DNA of 64,000 nt from Planctomycetota bacterium (GCA_016719295.1 JADKAF010000001.1:4704267-4768266), one strand, 5' to 3'; positions 47,485 to 56,531 are shown, counted from the stretch's first letter. Made by a program: numbers and translations. The notes: generated by a model not told the origin, from the letters alone.

Positions 47485-48989
47485 GCCTCGAGCTCGCGAT
47501 AGCGCAGCGACTGCGCGCCGCAGACGAGCGCCACGGCGTCCGGGGTCTTTCGCGCCTGCTCTTCGAACTGATCCGGGATCGTGCGCTCATGGGGCCACTC
47601 GCACGCGGTGCTGCGTCCGGCGGCGAGCAGCTCGGCGCGTTCGCGATCGCTCATCAAGCGCTGCTCGGCGAGCGGCGCGCGCGGTGCATCGGCGAACGAG
47701 GCGAGCAAGGTCTCCAAGTGCTCCATCGCGCGCGCCATCGCCGCATCGGCGAAGCGCGTGCGATCCCAGGAGAGCTGCAGCACGAGGCCGTCCTCGCCGT
47801 AGGCGTAGAGCGTCAGCGGGAACACCGTGCGCTCGTGCAGTGCGAAGTGGCGCTCGCGCTCGGCGCTCGAGAGCTCGCGGAGCTCGCCGTCCAGGATGCG
47901 ATCGTCATAGATCAGGATCGCTTCGAACAAGTGGCGCGCGCCGCTCGGCAAGCACCAGCGCTGGATGTCGACGAGCGGGGTCGTCTCGAAGGGCGCCAAC
48001 GCGCGGTTCTGCGCGCGGACTTCGCGCAGCCAATCGACGAGGGGCAGCTCGGGCTGCAAGCGCACGCGCAGCGGCAGCGTGTTGATGAAGGTGCCGACGA
48101 TCGACTCGGCGCCCTCGACGGAGGAGCGGCGGCAGGCGCGGATGCAGCCCAGCACGACCTCGCTCTCGCCGGCGTAGCGCGCGAGCAGCGTCGCGAACGC
48201 GGCTTGCACCACGTTGTTCAGCGAGGCGCCGCTCTGCTCGGCGAGGGCGCGGAGCTGCGCGGTGAGCGCCGGTGTCAGCGCACGACGGAGCAGCCCGCGA
48301 TCCTCACCCGGAGCGAAGCTCGTGGTCGTGGGACGCGGGGAGAGCGCTGGCAGCGTGCTGCCGCCGCTTCCCGCGAGCGCGCCGCGCCAGAACGCTTCCT
48401 CGGCCGTGGCGTTGCGCCGCTCGGCGAGGTGCGCGACGTGCGCGCGGAAGCCGCGCTGTGGCGGCAGCGCCGGCGCGGAAGCGCCCGCGCGCGCCGCGTC
48501 GTAGCTCGTGAACACTTCGCGCAACACTTGCGCGAAGCTGCGACCGTCGAGCAGCAGGTGATGGAAGGTCCACACCAAGCGCTGCTCGCGCGCACCGAAG
48601 CGGAAGAGCGAAAAGCGCAGCAGCGGCGCCTTCGCGAGCGCCATTCCGCCCTGGCGGTCCTCGCGGAGCCAACGCGCGAAGCGCTCCTCGCGCTCGGCCG
48701 CGGGCATGGTGCTCCAATCGTGATTCGTCCACGCGAGCTCGACCTGCGGCAGCACGCGCGCCACGGGTTCCGGCAGTCCCTCCCACGCGAACTCGGTGCG
48801 CAGCGCTTCGTGGTGCGCGATCACGCGACGCCACGCTGTCTGAAGTGTCGCGACATCCAGCTCCTCGCTCAGGTTCGCGACGATCTGCTCGAGATCGACG
48901 CCGGGATGCCCACCCGCGATGTGGTGGAAGAGCATGCCCTGCTGAATGGAGGTGAGCGGATGCTCGAGAGGGAGGTCGCGTTCGTTCAT
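47485..48989 (-). CDS. NRPS fragment 1: condensation domain plus start of the A domain
   Basis: ATG 48989 forms an ATGA overlap with the PPTase stop. C-domain motifs LTSIQQGMLFH and HHLLLDGRS. The track ORF 46929..49466 leaves the sensible frame right after ..SLRYRELEAR (~47485), where the 44594..47590 frame takes over (..ANQLAWHLRVLGV). Confidence 0.8.
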
Positions 48990-49777
48990 CGGGAGCACCA
49001 TGCGCCGGACTCGGCTCTGGAGCGAAGGTCTGCAGCGGCGTAGGGATAGCACTCCACGGCGGCGGTGCCGCGCGGAGCCGCGAGGGCGGCCGCGAACCCA
49101 GGTACGAGCTCGAGGTCGAGGACCCTCCACCCTACTTCGGAGGTAGAAGCCCCACGGCCGTGAAGGACCGCGCGCTCGTCGGAAGAACTTTCCGGATCGA
49201 TCTGGATGTCGAGGAGCGGTGCGCGGAGCCCTTCGCCGGTGGCCTTGATGTAGGCCTCCTTGCGGGTCCACGCCGCGAAGAACGCGCGGTCGCATCGCGT
49301 GGAGCTCGCGCGCTCGATCGCTGCGCGCTCTCCCGCGGTGAAGACGCGCTCCGCGACATCGTCGGCGTCGGGCAGTCGGTGGATCTCTTCGACATCGACG
49401 CCGAGCTCGCCGATCGCGCTGAGCGCGACGACGGCGACGCCGGCGCTGTGCGAGAGGTTGAACCATAGCGCGCCGGCGAGTTCACCCGCGAGCGTCGGCT
49501 TGCCGTCGGAGCGCACGCCGATCGGCACGCGCTCCGGCGCGAGCGAGAGCGCCCGCGCGAGCACGCGGCGCAGCGCGGCATGCGCGGCGATGTAGCGACG
49601 CTGCAGGAGCGGGATCTGGAATCGAGCGGCGCGCACGCGTTCTCCCTCATCGAGGAGGTCTCGCTCGCTCGGCGAGCTCGCCGCATCTCCATCGAGCTCG
49701 ATGGTGAAGACCGCGGCTGCCTCGGGTCGGAGCTGCCAGTCCGCCGGGAGTGCCGCGGAGTACTGCACCGCGATCAT
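48986..49777 (-). CDS. Sfp-type 4'-phosphopantetheinyl transferase
   Basis: Trimmed to ATG 49777, which forms an ATGA overlap with the upstream stop. Motifs FNLSHS, GVDVEEI, WTRKEAYIKATG. Confidence 0.85.
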   Translation of the reverse strand: MIAVQYSAALPADWQLRPEAAAVFTIELDGDAASSPSERDLLDEGERVRAARFQIPLLQRRYIAAHAALRRVLARALSLAPERVPIGVRSDGKPTLAGELAGALWFNLSHSAGVAVVALSAIGELGVDVEEIHRLPDADDVAERVFTAGERAAIERASSTRCDRAFFAAWTRKEAYIKATGEGLRAPLLDIQIDPESSSDERAVLHGRGASTSEVGWRVLDLELVPGFAAALAAPRGTAAVECYPYAAADLRSRAESGAWCSR

Positions 49778-50565
49778 CGCGCCACCGCCGTCGCGCGTCG
49801 GCGATTCCAGAGCGAAGCGGCGAGCAAACGCACGGCGAACGGGATGCCGTGCACGAGGTAGCGCTTGAACAGGCGTCGCGGCTCCTGGACCAAGCGATGC
49901 AGCCACTCCAGGCCGAGGCGTCGCACGAGCGGAGACGCGCGCTTCACGTCGCCGGTGACGAAGCTGAAGCTGATGCCGACGCCGAGCCACCACGCGCGCG
50001 GCAGGAGCTGGCGCAGCTCGGCGATCAAGCGCTCCTGCTTCGGAGAGCCGAGCGCCACGTAGACGATATCGGGCTGCAGGTCGACGAGCAGCTCGCGCAG
50101 CGCGCGCAGTGCCTGCTCGTCCTTCTCGAAGCCCGGTGCGGGGCACGCCGTGCCGCGCACGACGAGCCCGCGGTTGCGCTCCGCGAGGATGCGTCCCGCC
50201 GCTTCGGCCGTCCCCGGATCTCCACCGAGCAGGAAGATGCTGCGACCCGCGCGAGCGGCGGCGCTCGTCAGGCTCGAGATGAGATCGCTGCCGGCGACGC
50301 GCTCGGGCAGCGGGGTGCCCTGCAAGCGCGAAGCCCAGACCAGCGGCATGCCGTCGGCGACGAAGAGCTCAGCGCCGGCGCAGAGCTCGCGGTAGCTCTT
50401 CTCGTTTACGAGGCGGCGCAGGTGATCGAGGTTCGGTGTCACGATCCAACCGCCGCGGCCGGCGGCGAGCTCTTGAAGCACGTGCTCGACGCATTGCCCT
50501 TCGCGCACGGCATCGATCTCGACACCGAGCAGCTCGATCCGGTGCCACGCGCGAGCTCCGCTCAC
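49774..50565 (-). CDS. WecB/TagA/CpsF family (GT26) glycosyltransferase
   Basis: GTG 50565 forms a GTGA overlap with the GT2 stop. Family motifs WIVTPNLDHLR, ADGMPLVWASR, FLLGGDPG, VALGSPKQE. Confidence 0.85.
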   Translation of the reverse strand: MSGARAWHRIELLGVEIDAVREGQCVEHVLQELAAGRGGWIVTPNLDHLRRLVNEKSYRELCAGAELFVADGMPLVWASRLQGTPLPERVAGSDLISSLTSAAARAGRSIFLLGGDPGTAEAAGRILAERNRGLVVRGTACPAPGFEKDEQALRALRELLVDLQPDIVYVALGSPKQERLIAELRQLLPRAWWLGVGISFSFVTGDVKRASPLVRRLGLEWLHRLVQEPRRLFKRYLVHGIPFAVRLLAASLWNRRRATAVAR

Positions 50566-51506
50566 GAGGTGCTCTCCTGCGGCGGCCGCCAGACGCTCGC
50601 CTGCCGCTCGTCGAGCGCGCGCGTCGCGCGGCGCTTGCCTTGCACGAGGCACGCGAGCTGATAGCGGCGCAGGAACCTGCGGAACGCGGGATCCGCGTAA
50701 CGCTTCTTCCGCGCGAAGAAGCTCTTCAGCCAGCCCCACTCCATCGCCAATCCGCCGAGCACGTACGGCGGGTGCAGCATGCGGAAGAGCGCGCTGGCGC
50801 TCATGTACAGGAAGCCCGTGCCCATGAAGTGCTGGCCGGCGCCGTGGCGCACGCGTCCGGTGTAGATGCTCTTCTGCGAGGAGCCCATCGGGCGCAGGTG
50901 CTCGAAGGCGAGCTCCTCGTCGCCATAGCTCTCCGCGCGCCAGCCGAGCTGTCGCGCGCGATGGCAGTCGATGCCGTCCCACATCACCTCGCGCACGAAG
51001 CCGCCGATCTGCTCGAAGGCCGCTCTTCGGTAGAGCTTGGTCATGCCGACCGACATCTCGTCGCCGCAGCCCTCCGAGATTCGCTCGCCGTTCGGCCCGC
51101 GGAACCAAGGCTTGCCGCTGCAGGTCGCGAGCCGCGGCTCGGCCTCCATGCGAGCGAGCAGGATCTCGAAGTAGCGCGGCGGAATGTCGAGATCGAGATC
51201 GAACTTCGCGAAGTAGGGATAGCGCTCGGGCTCGGCGACCTCCCAACCGGCGTAGAAAGCGTCGATGACACCGGGCCCGACACTGCGATGGCCGCGGTTC
51301 TCGCGGCGCAGCACGCGGATCCACGAGTGCTTGGCGGCGTACTCGGCGAGGAGCTGCGGCGTCTCATCGGAGCTGCCGTCGTCGACGATCAGCCAGCACG
51401 CCGGCCGATGCGTCTGCGCGACCACGCTGTCCAAGGTGCGCCGCGCGTACGCGGCCTCGTCGCGGCACGGCGTGATGAGCAGATACGGCGGAAGCGGTGC
51501 GCTCAT
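50562..51506 (-). CDS. family 2 glycosyltransferase
   Basis: ATG 51506 forms an ATGA overlap with the asnB-like stop. GT2 N-terminus LLITPCRDEA..LDSVVAQT..WLIVDDGSSDET and a DxD-like FDLDLD. Hydrophobic C-terminal segments. Confidence 0.85.
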   Translation of the reverse strand: MSAPLPPYLLITPCRDEAAYARRTLDSVVAQTHRPACWLIVDDGSSDETPQLLAEYAAKHSWIRVLRRENRGHRSVGPGVIDAFYAGWEVAEPERYPYFAKFDLDLDIPPRYFEILLARMEAEPRLATCSGKPWFRGPNGERISEGCGDEMSVGMTKLYRRAAFEQIGGFVREVMWDGIDCHRARQLGWRAESYGDEELAFEHLRPMGSSQKSIYTGRVRHGAGQHFMGTGFLYMSASALFRMLHPPYVLGGLAMEWGWLKSFFARKKRYADPAFRRFLRRYQLACLVQGKRRATRALDERQASVWRPPQESTS

Positions 51507-53440
51507 GCGGCCCCTCCGATCTCGACCTTCTGCGCGCGGCACCACCAGAGCAGCACGTAGAGCGACCAGATGCGCGACCAGTAGAGACCCGGGGCTCCCG
51601 CCGAGAACGCGCGCCAGAGCCGCGCGACGGCGGCGGGCTCGAGGCCGGCCGCCTCGCAAGCCGCGGCGTTCGTGAGCAGGGCGCCGACCTCTCCGGCGAG
51701 CGACGCGCGGCACCAGCGCTCGATGGGCAGCACGAAGCCGGACTTCTGGCGTTCGAACAACGCCTTGTCGAGGTTGTCGAGGGCCAGGTCGCGCAGCAGC
51801 TGTTTGCGACCGAGCGGCTCGAAGCGGACGGTCGGCGGCAGCGCGCTCGCGTTCTCGACGATGCGCGAGTCGAGCAGCGGAACGCGCACCTCGAGCGAAA
51901 CGGCCATGCTCGCCGTGTCGCCGTCGCGCAGCAGGCGCTGGCCGATGAAGCTCTCGAGCTCGAGACGCGCGATCGCCGCGCGCGCGTCGTGTCCCTGGAT
52001 CCCGCGCTCGAGGCGGTCCAAGCGCTCGAGCTCGAGGCCGTAGGCCGTGCCTTCGAAGAGCTGAGCGGGTGCGAGCTCGGCGAGGAAGCGCTGCGTGTAG
52101 AGCCCATAGGCGACTTGGTAGAGCGCGACGAGCGAGCCGCGCGTCGCGAGCAGATCGCCGAGCTTCCCCCAGCGCGTCTGCGGGGGAACCTCGCCCGCAG
52201 CGCCCGTCTTCATGCGCGCGGCGAGCCCTGCCGCGGCGCGCAGCAGCGACACCGGGACGGGGCGCAAGCGTCGCGCCCACTTTCGCGCCTTCGGCAGCTC
52301 CGCGAAGCTGCGATAGCCGCCGAAGAGCTCGTCGCCGCCGGTGCCTGCGAGCGCCACGGTGATCCCCGCTTCGCGCACCGCGCGGCTCACGAAGTAGGTG
52401 TTCAGCGCGTCGAACGACGGCTGGTCGAGCGAGCGCAGCGCGCCGTCGAGACCGCTCGTGAAGCTCTGCTCGGTGAGCCGGATCTCGCGATGCGTCGTGC
52501 CGAGGGCGGAGGCGACCGCGCGCGCGATCTTCGATTCGTCGTACGCGGCTTCGTCGAAGCCGATCGTGAAGGTGTGGACCGCGCCGGCTCCCGCGCGCGC
52601 GGCGAGGCTCGCCACCGCGCTCGAGTCGATGCCGCCCGAGAGGAAGACGCCGAGCGGCACATCGCTCACGAGCTGCTCGCGCACCGATTGCTCGAGAGCC
52701 GCGCGCAGCGTCGCCAACGAGCTGCGCGGCGCTTCGGGCTCCGGCAGATGCCACCAACGCTCGGGCTTGCACTGCGGCGCGTCGATGGAGATCGAAGCGC
52801 GCGAGCCGGCGGGCAGGAGCTCGATCCCGCGCACGAGCGAGCGATCGCTGCAGACGAAGCCATGCCAGAGATAGCTCGCGAGCGCCTTGGGCTCGAGCTT
52901 CCGATCGACCATGCCCGTCGCGAGGAGAGAACGGAGCTCGGAGGCGAAGAGCAGCACCGCGGAGCCGTTCCGGCGGACGAGGGTCCAGTAGAGTGGCTTC
53001 TCGCCCAGCGGATCGCGCGCGAGCAACACCGCTCTCCGCCGCGGGTCGTAGAGCGCGAAGGCGTACATGCCGCGGAGCTTGCGCACGCAGTCGTCGCCCC
53101 ACTGCGCATAGGCCGCGAGCAAGACCTCGGTATCCGAGCGCGTGCGAAAGCTGCGTCCGGCCGCGCGCAGCTCTTCGCGCAGCGCGGCGAAGTTGTAGAT
53201 CTCCCCGTTGAAGACGATCACGCAGCCCGAGGCGTCGTCGCGCATGGGCTGATTCGCCTCGGCTGAGAGGTCGAGGATCGCCAGGCGGCGATGCGCGAAG
53301 AGGACGCGCTCCCGCTCACCCGGGCCGGGCCAGAGGCCTTCCGCATCGGGGCCGCGGTGTGCCTGCGCCGCGTGCGCGCGCTGCAGCGCAGCTCGCAGCT
53401 CCGCGTCGATCCCGCCTACAGCGCCAGCGATGCCGCACAT
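51503..53440 (-). CDS. asnB: asparagine synthase (glutamine-hydrolysing)-like amidotransferase
   Basis: Trimmed to ATG 53440 (MCGIAG.. with the N-terminal nucleophile Cys) with AGGAGG 7 nt upstream. GATase-2 region plus the PP-loop SGGIDSS. Confidence 0.9.
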   Translation of the reverse strand: MCGIAGAVGGIDAELRAALQRAHAAQAHRGPDAEGLWPGPGERERVLFAHRRLAILDLSAEANQPMRDDASGCVIVFNGEIYNFAALREELRAAGRSFRTRSDTEVLLAAYAQWGDDCVRKLRGMYAFALYDPRRRAVLLARDPLGEKPLYWTLVRRNGSAVLLFASELRSLLATGMVDRKLEPKALASYLWHGFVCSDRSLVRGIELLPAGSRASISIDAPQCKPERWWHLPEPEAPRSSLATLRAALEQSVREQLVSDVPLGVFLSGGIDSSAVASLAARAGAGAVHTFTIGFDEAAYDESKIARAVASALGTTHREIRLTEQSFTSGLDGALRSLDQPSFDALNTYFVSRAVREAGITVALAGTGGDELFGGYRSFAELPKARKWARRLRPVPVSLLRAAAGLAARMKTGAAGEVPPQTRWGKLGDLLATRGSLVALYQVAYGLYTQRFLAELAPAQLFEGTAYGLELERLDRLERGIQGHDARAAIARLELESFIGQRLLRDGDTASMAVSLEVRVPLLDSRIVENASALPPTVRFEPLGRKQLLRDLALDNLDKALFERQKSGFVLPIERWCRASLAGEVGALLTNAAACEAAGLEPAAVARLWRAFSAGAPGLYWSRIWSLYVLLWWCRAQKVEIGGAA

Positions 53441-53670
53441 AGCGGACCTCCTGCGGAGCCCGAGCGCTGGGCATGGGCGCGACACGGTCTCGCGCGCCGG
53501 GCGATCGGCGTGCTCCTGGCGCTGAGGCTGGGGAGAGGCGGGTGCAACTTCGGTGACGGCCGCGCGGGGCTCTGCCTCGCTCGCGACGGGCGCTCATGGG
53601 TGTATTCGGACCGGCTCGGGGCAGGTCTGAAGAGACCCTCAGTCGCAGATTCTCTCTGGAAACGCAACGA

Positions 53671-53698
53671 GAGGTCGGGGACCGAAGTCCTCGACCTC
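53671..53698 (-). terminator. hairpin downstream of the mini-protein gene (terminator/attenuator candidate)
   Basis: gaggtcggggac cgaa gtcctcgacctc forms a 12-bp stem (one mismatch or G:U) with a 4-nt loop, ~100 nt after stop 53800. It is followed on the minus strand by a T-containing stretch (tcgttgcgtttcc). Confidence 0.4.
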
Positions 53699-53799
53699 AC
53701 GTGGGATGCCCGGTCTCGACGGGGAAGCTCGAGCGCAATGCGGCGAGCGCGTCACCGGCCCGGCAAGCCAGTCGGCCCGGATCGGCCCGGGCGATCAGC

Positions 53800-54036
53800 T
53801 CAGGCCGTCGCGCGGGCGCTGCGGACGCGGCTCGTCAGGATGAGCACGCCGCCGACGAGCAGCACGATGAGACCCGTCGCGAGGGTCGGGTCGATTTCGG
53901 GCGCGTTCATGACCTCGCCCGTGGTCGCCGTCGTTCCGACGACCGTGGTACCGACGGCCTGCTGGAAGGCGAGCGCCGGGTGCGCGAACACGAGAGAGAC
54001 GAAAGCCAAGGTGCGGAGAGTCGCAAAGCGGATCAT
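53800..54036 (-). CDS. 78-aa secreted mini-protein with PEP-CTERM/VPEID-CTERM-like C-terminal sorting signal
   Basis: ATG 54036 with GGAG 10 nt upstream. Signal peptide MIRFATLRTLAFVSLVFAHPALA, then a ~22-aa Thr-rich core (FQQAVGTTVVGTTATTGEVMN), then APEIDP, a TM helix (TLATGLIVLLVGGVLILT) and a basic tail (SRVRSAR). Confidence 0.6.
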   Translation of the reverse strand: MIRFATLRTLAFVSLVFAHPALAFQQAVGTTVVGTTATTGEVMNAPEIDPTLATGLIVLLVGGVLILTSRVRSARATA

Positions 54037-54201
54037 GGCGGTCAAACTCCACGCGCGTGAGCACATCCGCGGATCGTGCCGCCGATGGCCTCGCAGCGCG
54101 CAGTGCGAGGGAGAGTTGTGTTTCGGGGAGAGATAGTCCCTCCAAACCTAGCCCGGCATCCCTCGAACTGTCCAGTCCCCGGATCAAGGAAGGGCCTTTT
54201 T

Positions 54202-54867
54202 TCAGCGCGGAGGCCGGAGCCAGGTCGGCAGGCCGCGCGTGCAGCGGTTCAGCAAAGTGCCCAGCAGGGGGATGGCGGCGCTCTCGAGCGAGCGCAGGAC
54301 GGGGCGCACATCCCCACGGCGGGTTCGACGCGCGTTGAGGACCAGGATCACCCCGTCCAACGAAGCCAGGATAGGCACCGTCTGCGGATGCGCGGGGGCT
54401 GGAGGGGCATCGACGATGAGATGGCTCCCGTCGCTGGTCAGGCGTTCCCAGATCTTCACGAGCTCGGCCGCGCGCGGCGGCACGCTGCTCGGCTTCGGAA
54501 CCCCGACGGGCAGGACGCGGAGGCCGGGAACATCGGTCGTGCGGACCGCGGCCTCGAAGGAGGACTCGCCGCTGCGGATCTCCTCGAGGCCGGGACCGGC
54601 AGGCAAGCCGACGAGCTGCGCCAGGCCGGGGCGGTGAGCATTGGCTTCGACGAGGACGACGCTGCGTCCGCCGTGCAGGGCGAGGCTGATCGCGGCGCAG
54701 GTGGCCGCGGTCGTCGTGCCGTCGCCATGCTCGCAGGCGGTGAAGGCGAGGCGGAGCGGGGCGTCGCTCGGCGCGCTGGCGAGCAAGCCGGTCCAGAGGG
54801 TGGCGAAGGTCGGGCCGAAGGGATCGAGGAGGTCGAGGAGGCCCGAACGCGAAGTGGGAGAGCTCAT
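54202..54867 (-). CDS. BY-kinase-like (CpsD/EpsG-type) P-loop protein with degenerate Walker A
   Basis: ATG 54867 forms an ATGA overlap with the wzz-like stop. Colinear with BY-kinase catalytic domains (VVLVEANAHRP ~ Walker A', HLIVDAPP ~ Walker B). Walker A reads ACEHGDGTTT with no Lys, and there is no C-terminal Tyr cluster. Confidence 0.7.
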   Translation of the reverse strand: MSSPTSRSGLLDLLDPFGPTFATLWTGLLASAPSDAPLRLAFTACEHGDGTTTAATCAAISLALHGGRSVVLVEANAHRPGLAQLVGLPAGPGLEEIRSGESSFEAAVRTTDVPGLRVLPVGVPKPSSVPPRAAELVKIWERLTSDGSHLIVDAPPAPAHPQTVPILASLDGVILVLNARRTRRGDVRPVLRSLESAAIPLLGTLLNRCTRGLPTWLRPPR

Positions 54868-56528
54868 GAGCGCGCCGCTCCCACCGCGGCTTGCCGGCGC
54901 GGTTGGGCGAGGTCGCGCGCCGACACCTCGGGCACGAGGCCGAGGACCGGAGTACCGAGGAGGCGCTTCACGTCGCCCGGCGAACGGAAGCGCCGTCCGA
55001 GGCGAGATCGCAGCAGCGCGAAGCCAACGCTGAGCGCACCGCCGACCAAGCCGCCGATCATCACCATGCGACCGCGGCGCGGGCCGCTCTTCTCGGCGAG
55101 CGAGCTGGCTCGCTGGATCTCGCGCAGGTTGATGAGGTTCATGCGATCGAGGTCGTCGAGGACGGCGATCTCCGCGCGCGCCGCCGTGACCTGATCCAGC
55201 TTCGAGCGCGCCTTGCTCGCCTCGTTCTGGAGGTAATTGAGGGTCGGGCTGCAGCGCTCCACCTCGGCCAGGTCGTCCTTCACGCTGGAGCGCCGGCCCT
55301 TGCGCTTGTCGGCTTCGCTGCGCAGAGAGACGAGCTCTATCTTGGCTGCATCCCGATCGACGACGAGGCGTTCGTAACGCGGGTTGGGCTGCTCGATCTG
55401 GCTCGGAGCGACTTCCTCGCGCTGGGGCGTCGACTCGAGCTCTTTGTCCGTTTCCTCGAGCTGCCTCTGGAGCGCGCGACGCTGGAGCTCGATCTTCTCC
55501 CGGCTCAAGTCGCTGCCGAACTCCAGCGCGACGAGCTGACCCTTCAGCTCGAGGCGTCGATCGGTGAGCGCGGTCCAGAGCGGATTGGGCTGGGCAGGAT
55601 TCGGCGCGAGCACCTTGCGCGTCGGCAGCTCTTCTTTCAGCTCGGCCTCCAAGGTCTGGACCGTCGCTTCGAGCGCCGCGATGCGTTCCTCGTCGGCGCG
55701 GATTCGCCCTTCGAGCTCCACCCTCTCGCGCTGGAGCTCGGCCCGCTCGCTGTCCGCGTCGAAGATGTTGCACTGCAGACGGTAGTCGGCGGCGGCCTTC
55801 TCTGCCGCAGCGAAGCTCGTGTTCGCCTCGGTGATCTCCTGATCGAGGAACTCCAGCCACGAGTTCGAGGAGAAGACGGATTGGTGCATGGCGCGAGCTT
55901 CCGCCATGAAGGTGTTCACCAGCTCGGCCGAGAGTCGGGGCGAGCTCGTCGTACAGATCACGGTGAGCACGCTCGAGTTCATCTCGGCACGCACGAGGAG
56001 AGCGCGCTGCAGGATCTTCGTCGCCACCGAGACGGCTGCTTCGGAATCGAGGCTCGCGGCGTTGGCTGCATCGCCTGAGAAGCTGCGGAACCAGAAGTCC
56101 TGGAACGAATGCAGCGCCTCGGTGACGAAGCCGTGGTCGATGCCCTGGCTCTGCGGATCGTAGGGAGCGAGCAGGCGGTCGGCGCCGATCTTGCGGACGA
56201 CGTTCTCGAAGAGATGCGGGTTCGCCAGCAGATGAAGCTCGTTCATCACGGCTTCGCGTGCGCTGGAGGCTCCGCCGCCGTCCGAGCCCATGATGCGCGA
56301 CTCTGCGGAGCCGCCTTCGCGCTCACCAGCGCGCACCAGCAGCTTGCCGGTCGCTTCGTAGGTGTTCGGCTCGATCGCCGCTCGGAAGGTCGCGATGGCG
56401 AGCCCGAGGCCGGTGAGCAAGCAGATCCAATAGCGCGCGTGCCAGAGCGGCGCGACGAAGGCCTCGACCAGATCGACGGGCGGGCGACGCTGCTGGTCGC
56501 TCGCCTCCTGCTCGCTAGAGAATGGCAT
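54864..56528 (-). CDS. polysaccharide chain-length determinant (Wzz/GumC/EpsF-like PCP)
   Basis: N-terminal TM (YWICLLTGLGLAIATF), long coiled-coil periplasmic region, second TM (MVMIGGLVGGALSVGFALL). This matches typical PCP-2 architecture without a fused kinase. Confidence 0.8.
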   Translation of the reverse strand: MPFSSEQEASDQQRRPPVDLVEAFVAPLWHARYWICLLTGLGLAIATFRAAIEPNTYEATGKLLVRAGEREGGSAESRIMGSDGGGASSAREAVMNELHLLANPHLFENVVRKIGADRLLAPYDPQSQGIDHGFVTEALHSFQDFWFRSFSGDAANAASLDSEAAVSVATKILQRALLVRAEMNSSVLTVICTTSSPRLSAELVNTFMAEARAMHQSVFSSNSWLEFLDQEITEANTSFAAAEKAAADYRLQCNIFDADSERAELQRERVELEGRIRADEERIAALEATVQTLEAELKEELPTRKVLAPNPAQPNPLWTALTDRRLELKGQLVALEFGSDLSREKIELQRRALQRQLEETDKELESTPQREEVAPSQIEQPNPRYERLVVDRDAAKIELVSLRSEADKRKGRRSSVKDDLAEVERCSPTLNYLQNEASKARSKLDQVTAARAEIAVLDDLDRMNLINLREIQRASSLAEKSGPRRGRMVMIGGLVGGALSVGFALLRSRLGRRFRSPGDVKRLLGTPVLGLVPEVSARDLAQPRRQAAVGAARS

Positions 56529-56531
56529 GGG

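Noticed and set aside
44774-48085. 1103-aa ORF on the plus strand
   Set aside because: It is antisense to the NRPS gene. The translation is dominated by Arg/Ala/Gly/Glu with no recognisable domain, whereas the NRPS frame carries all A/PCP core motifs.
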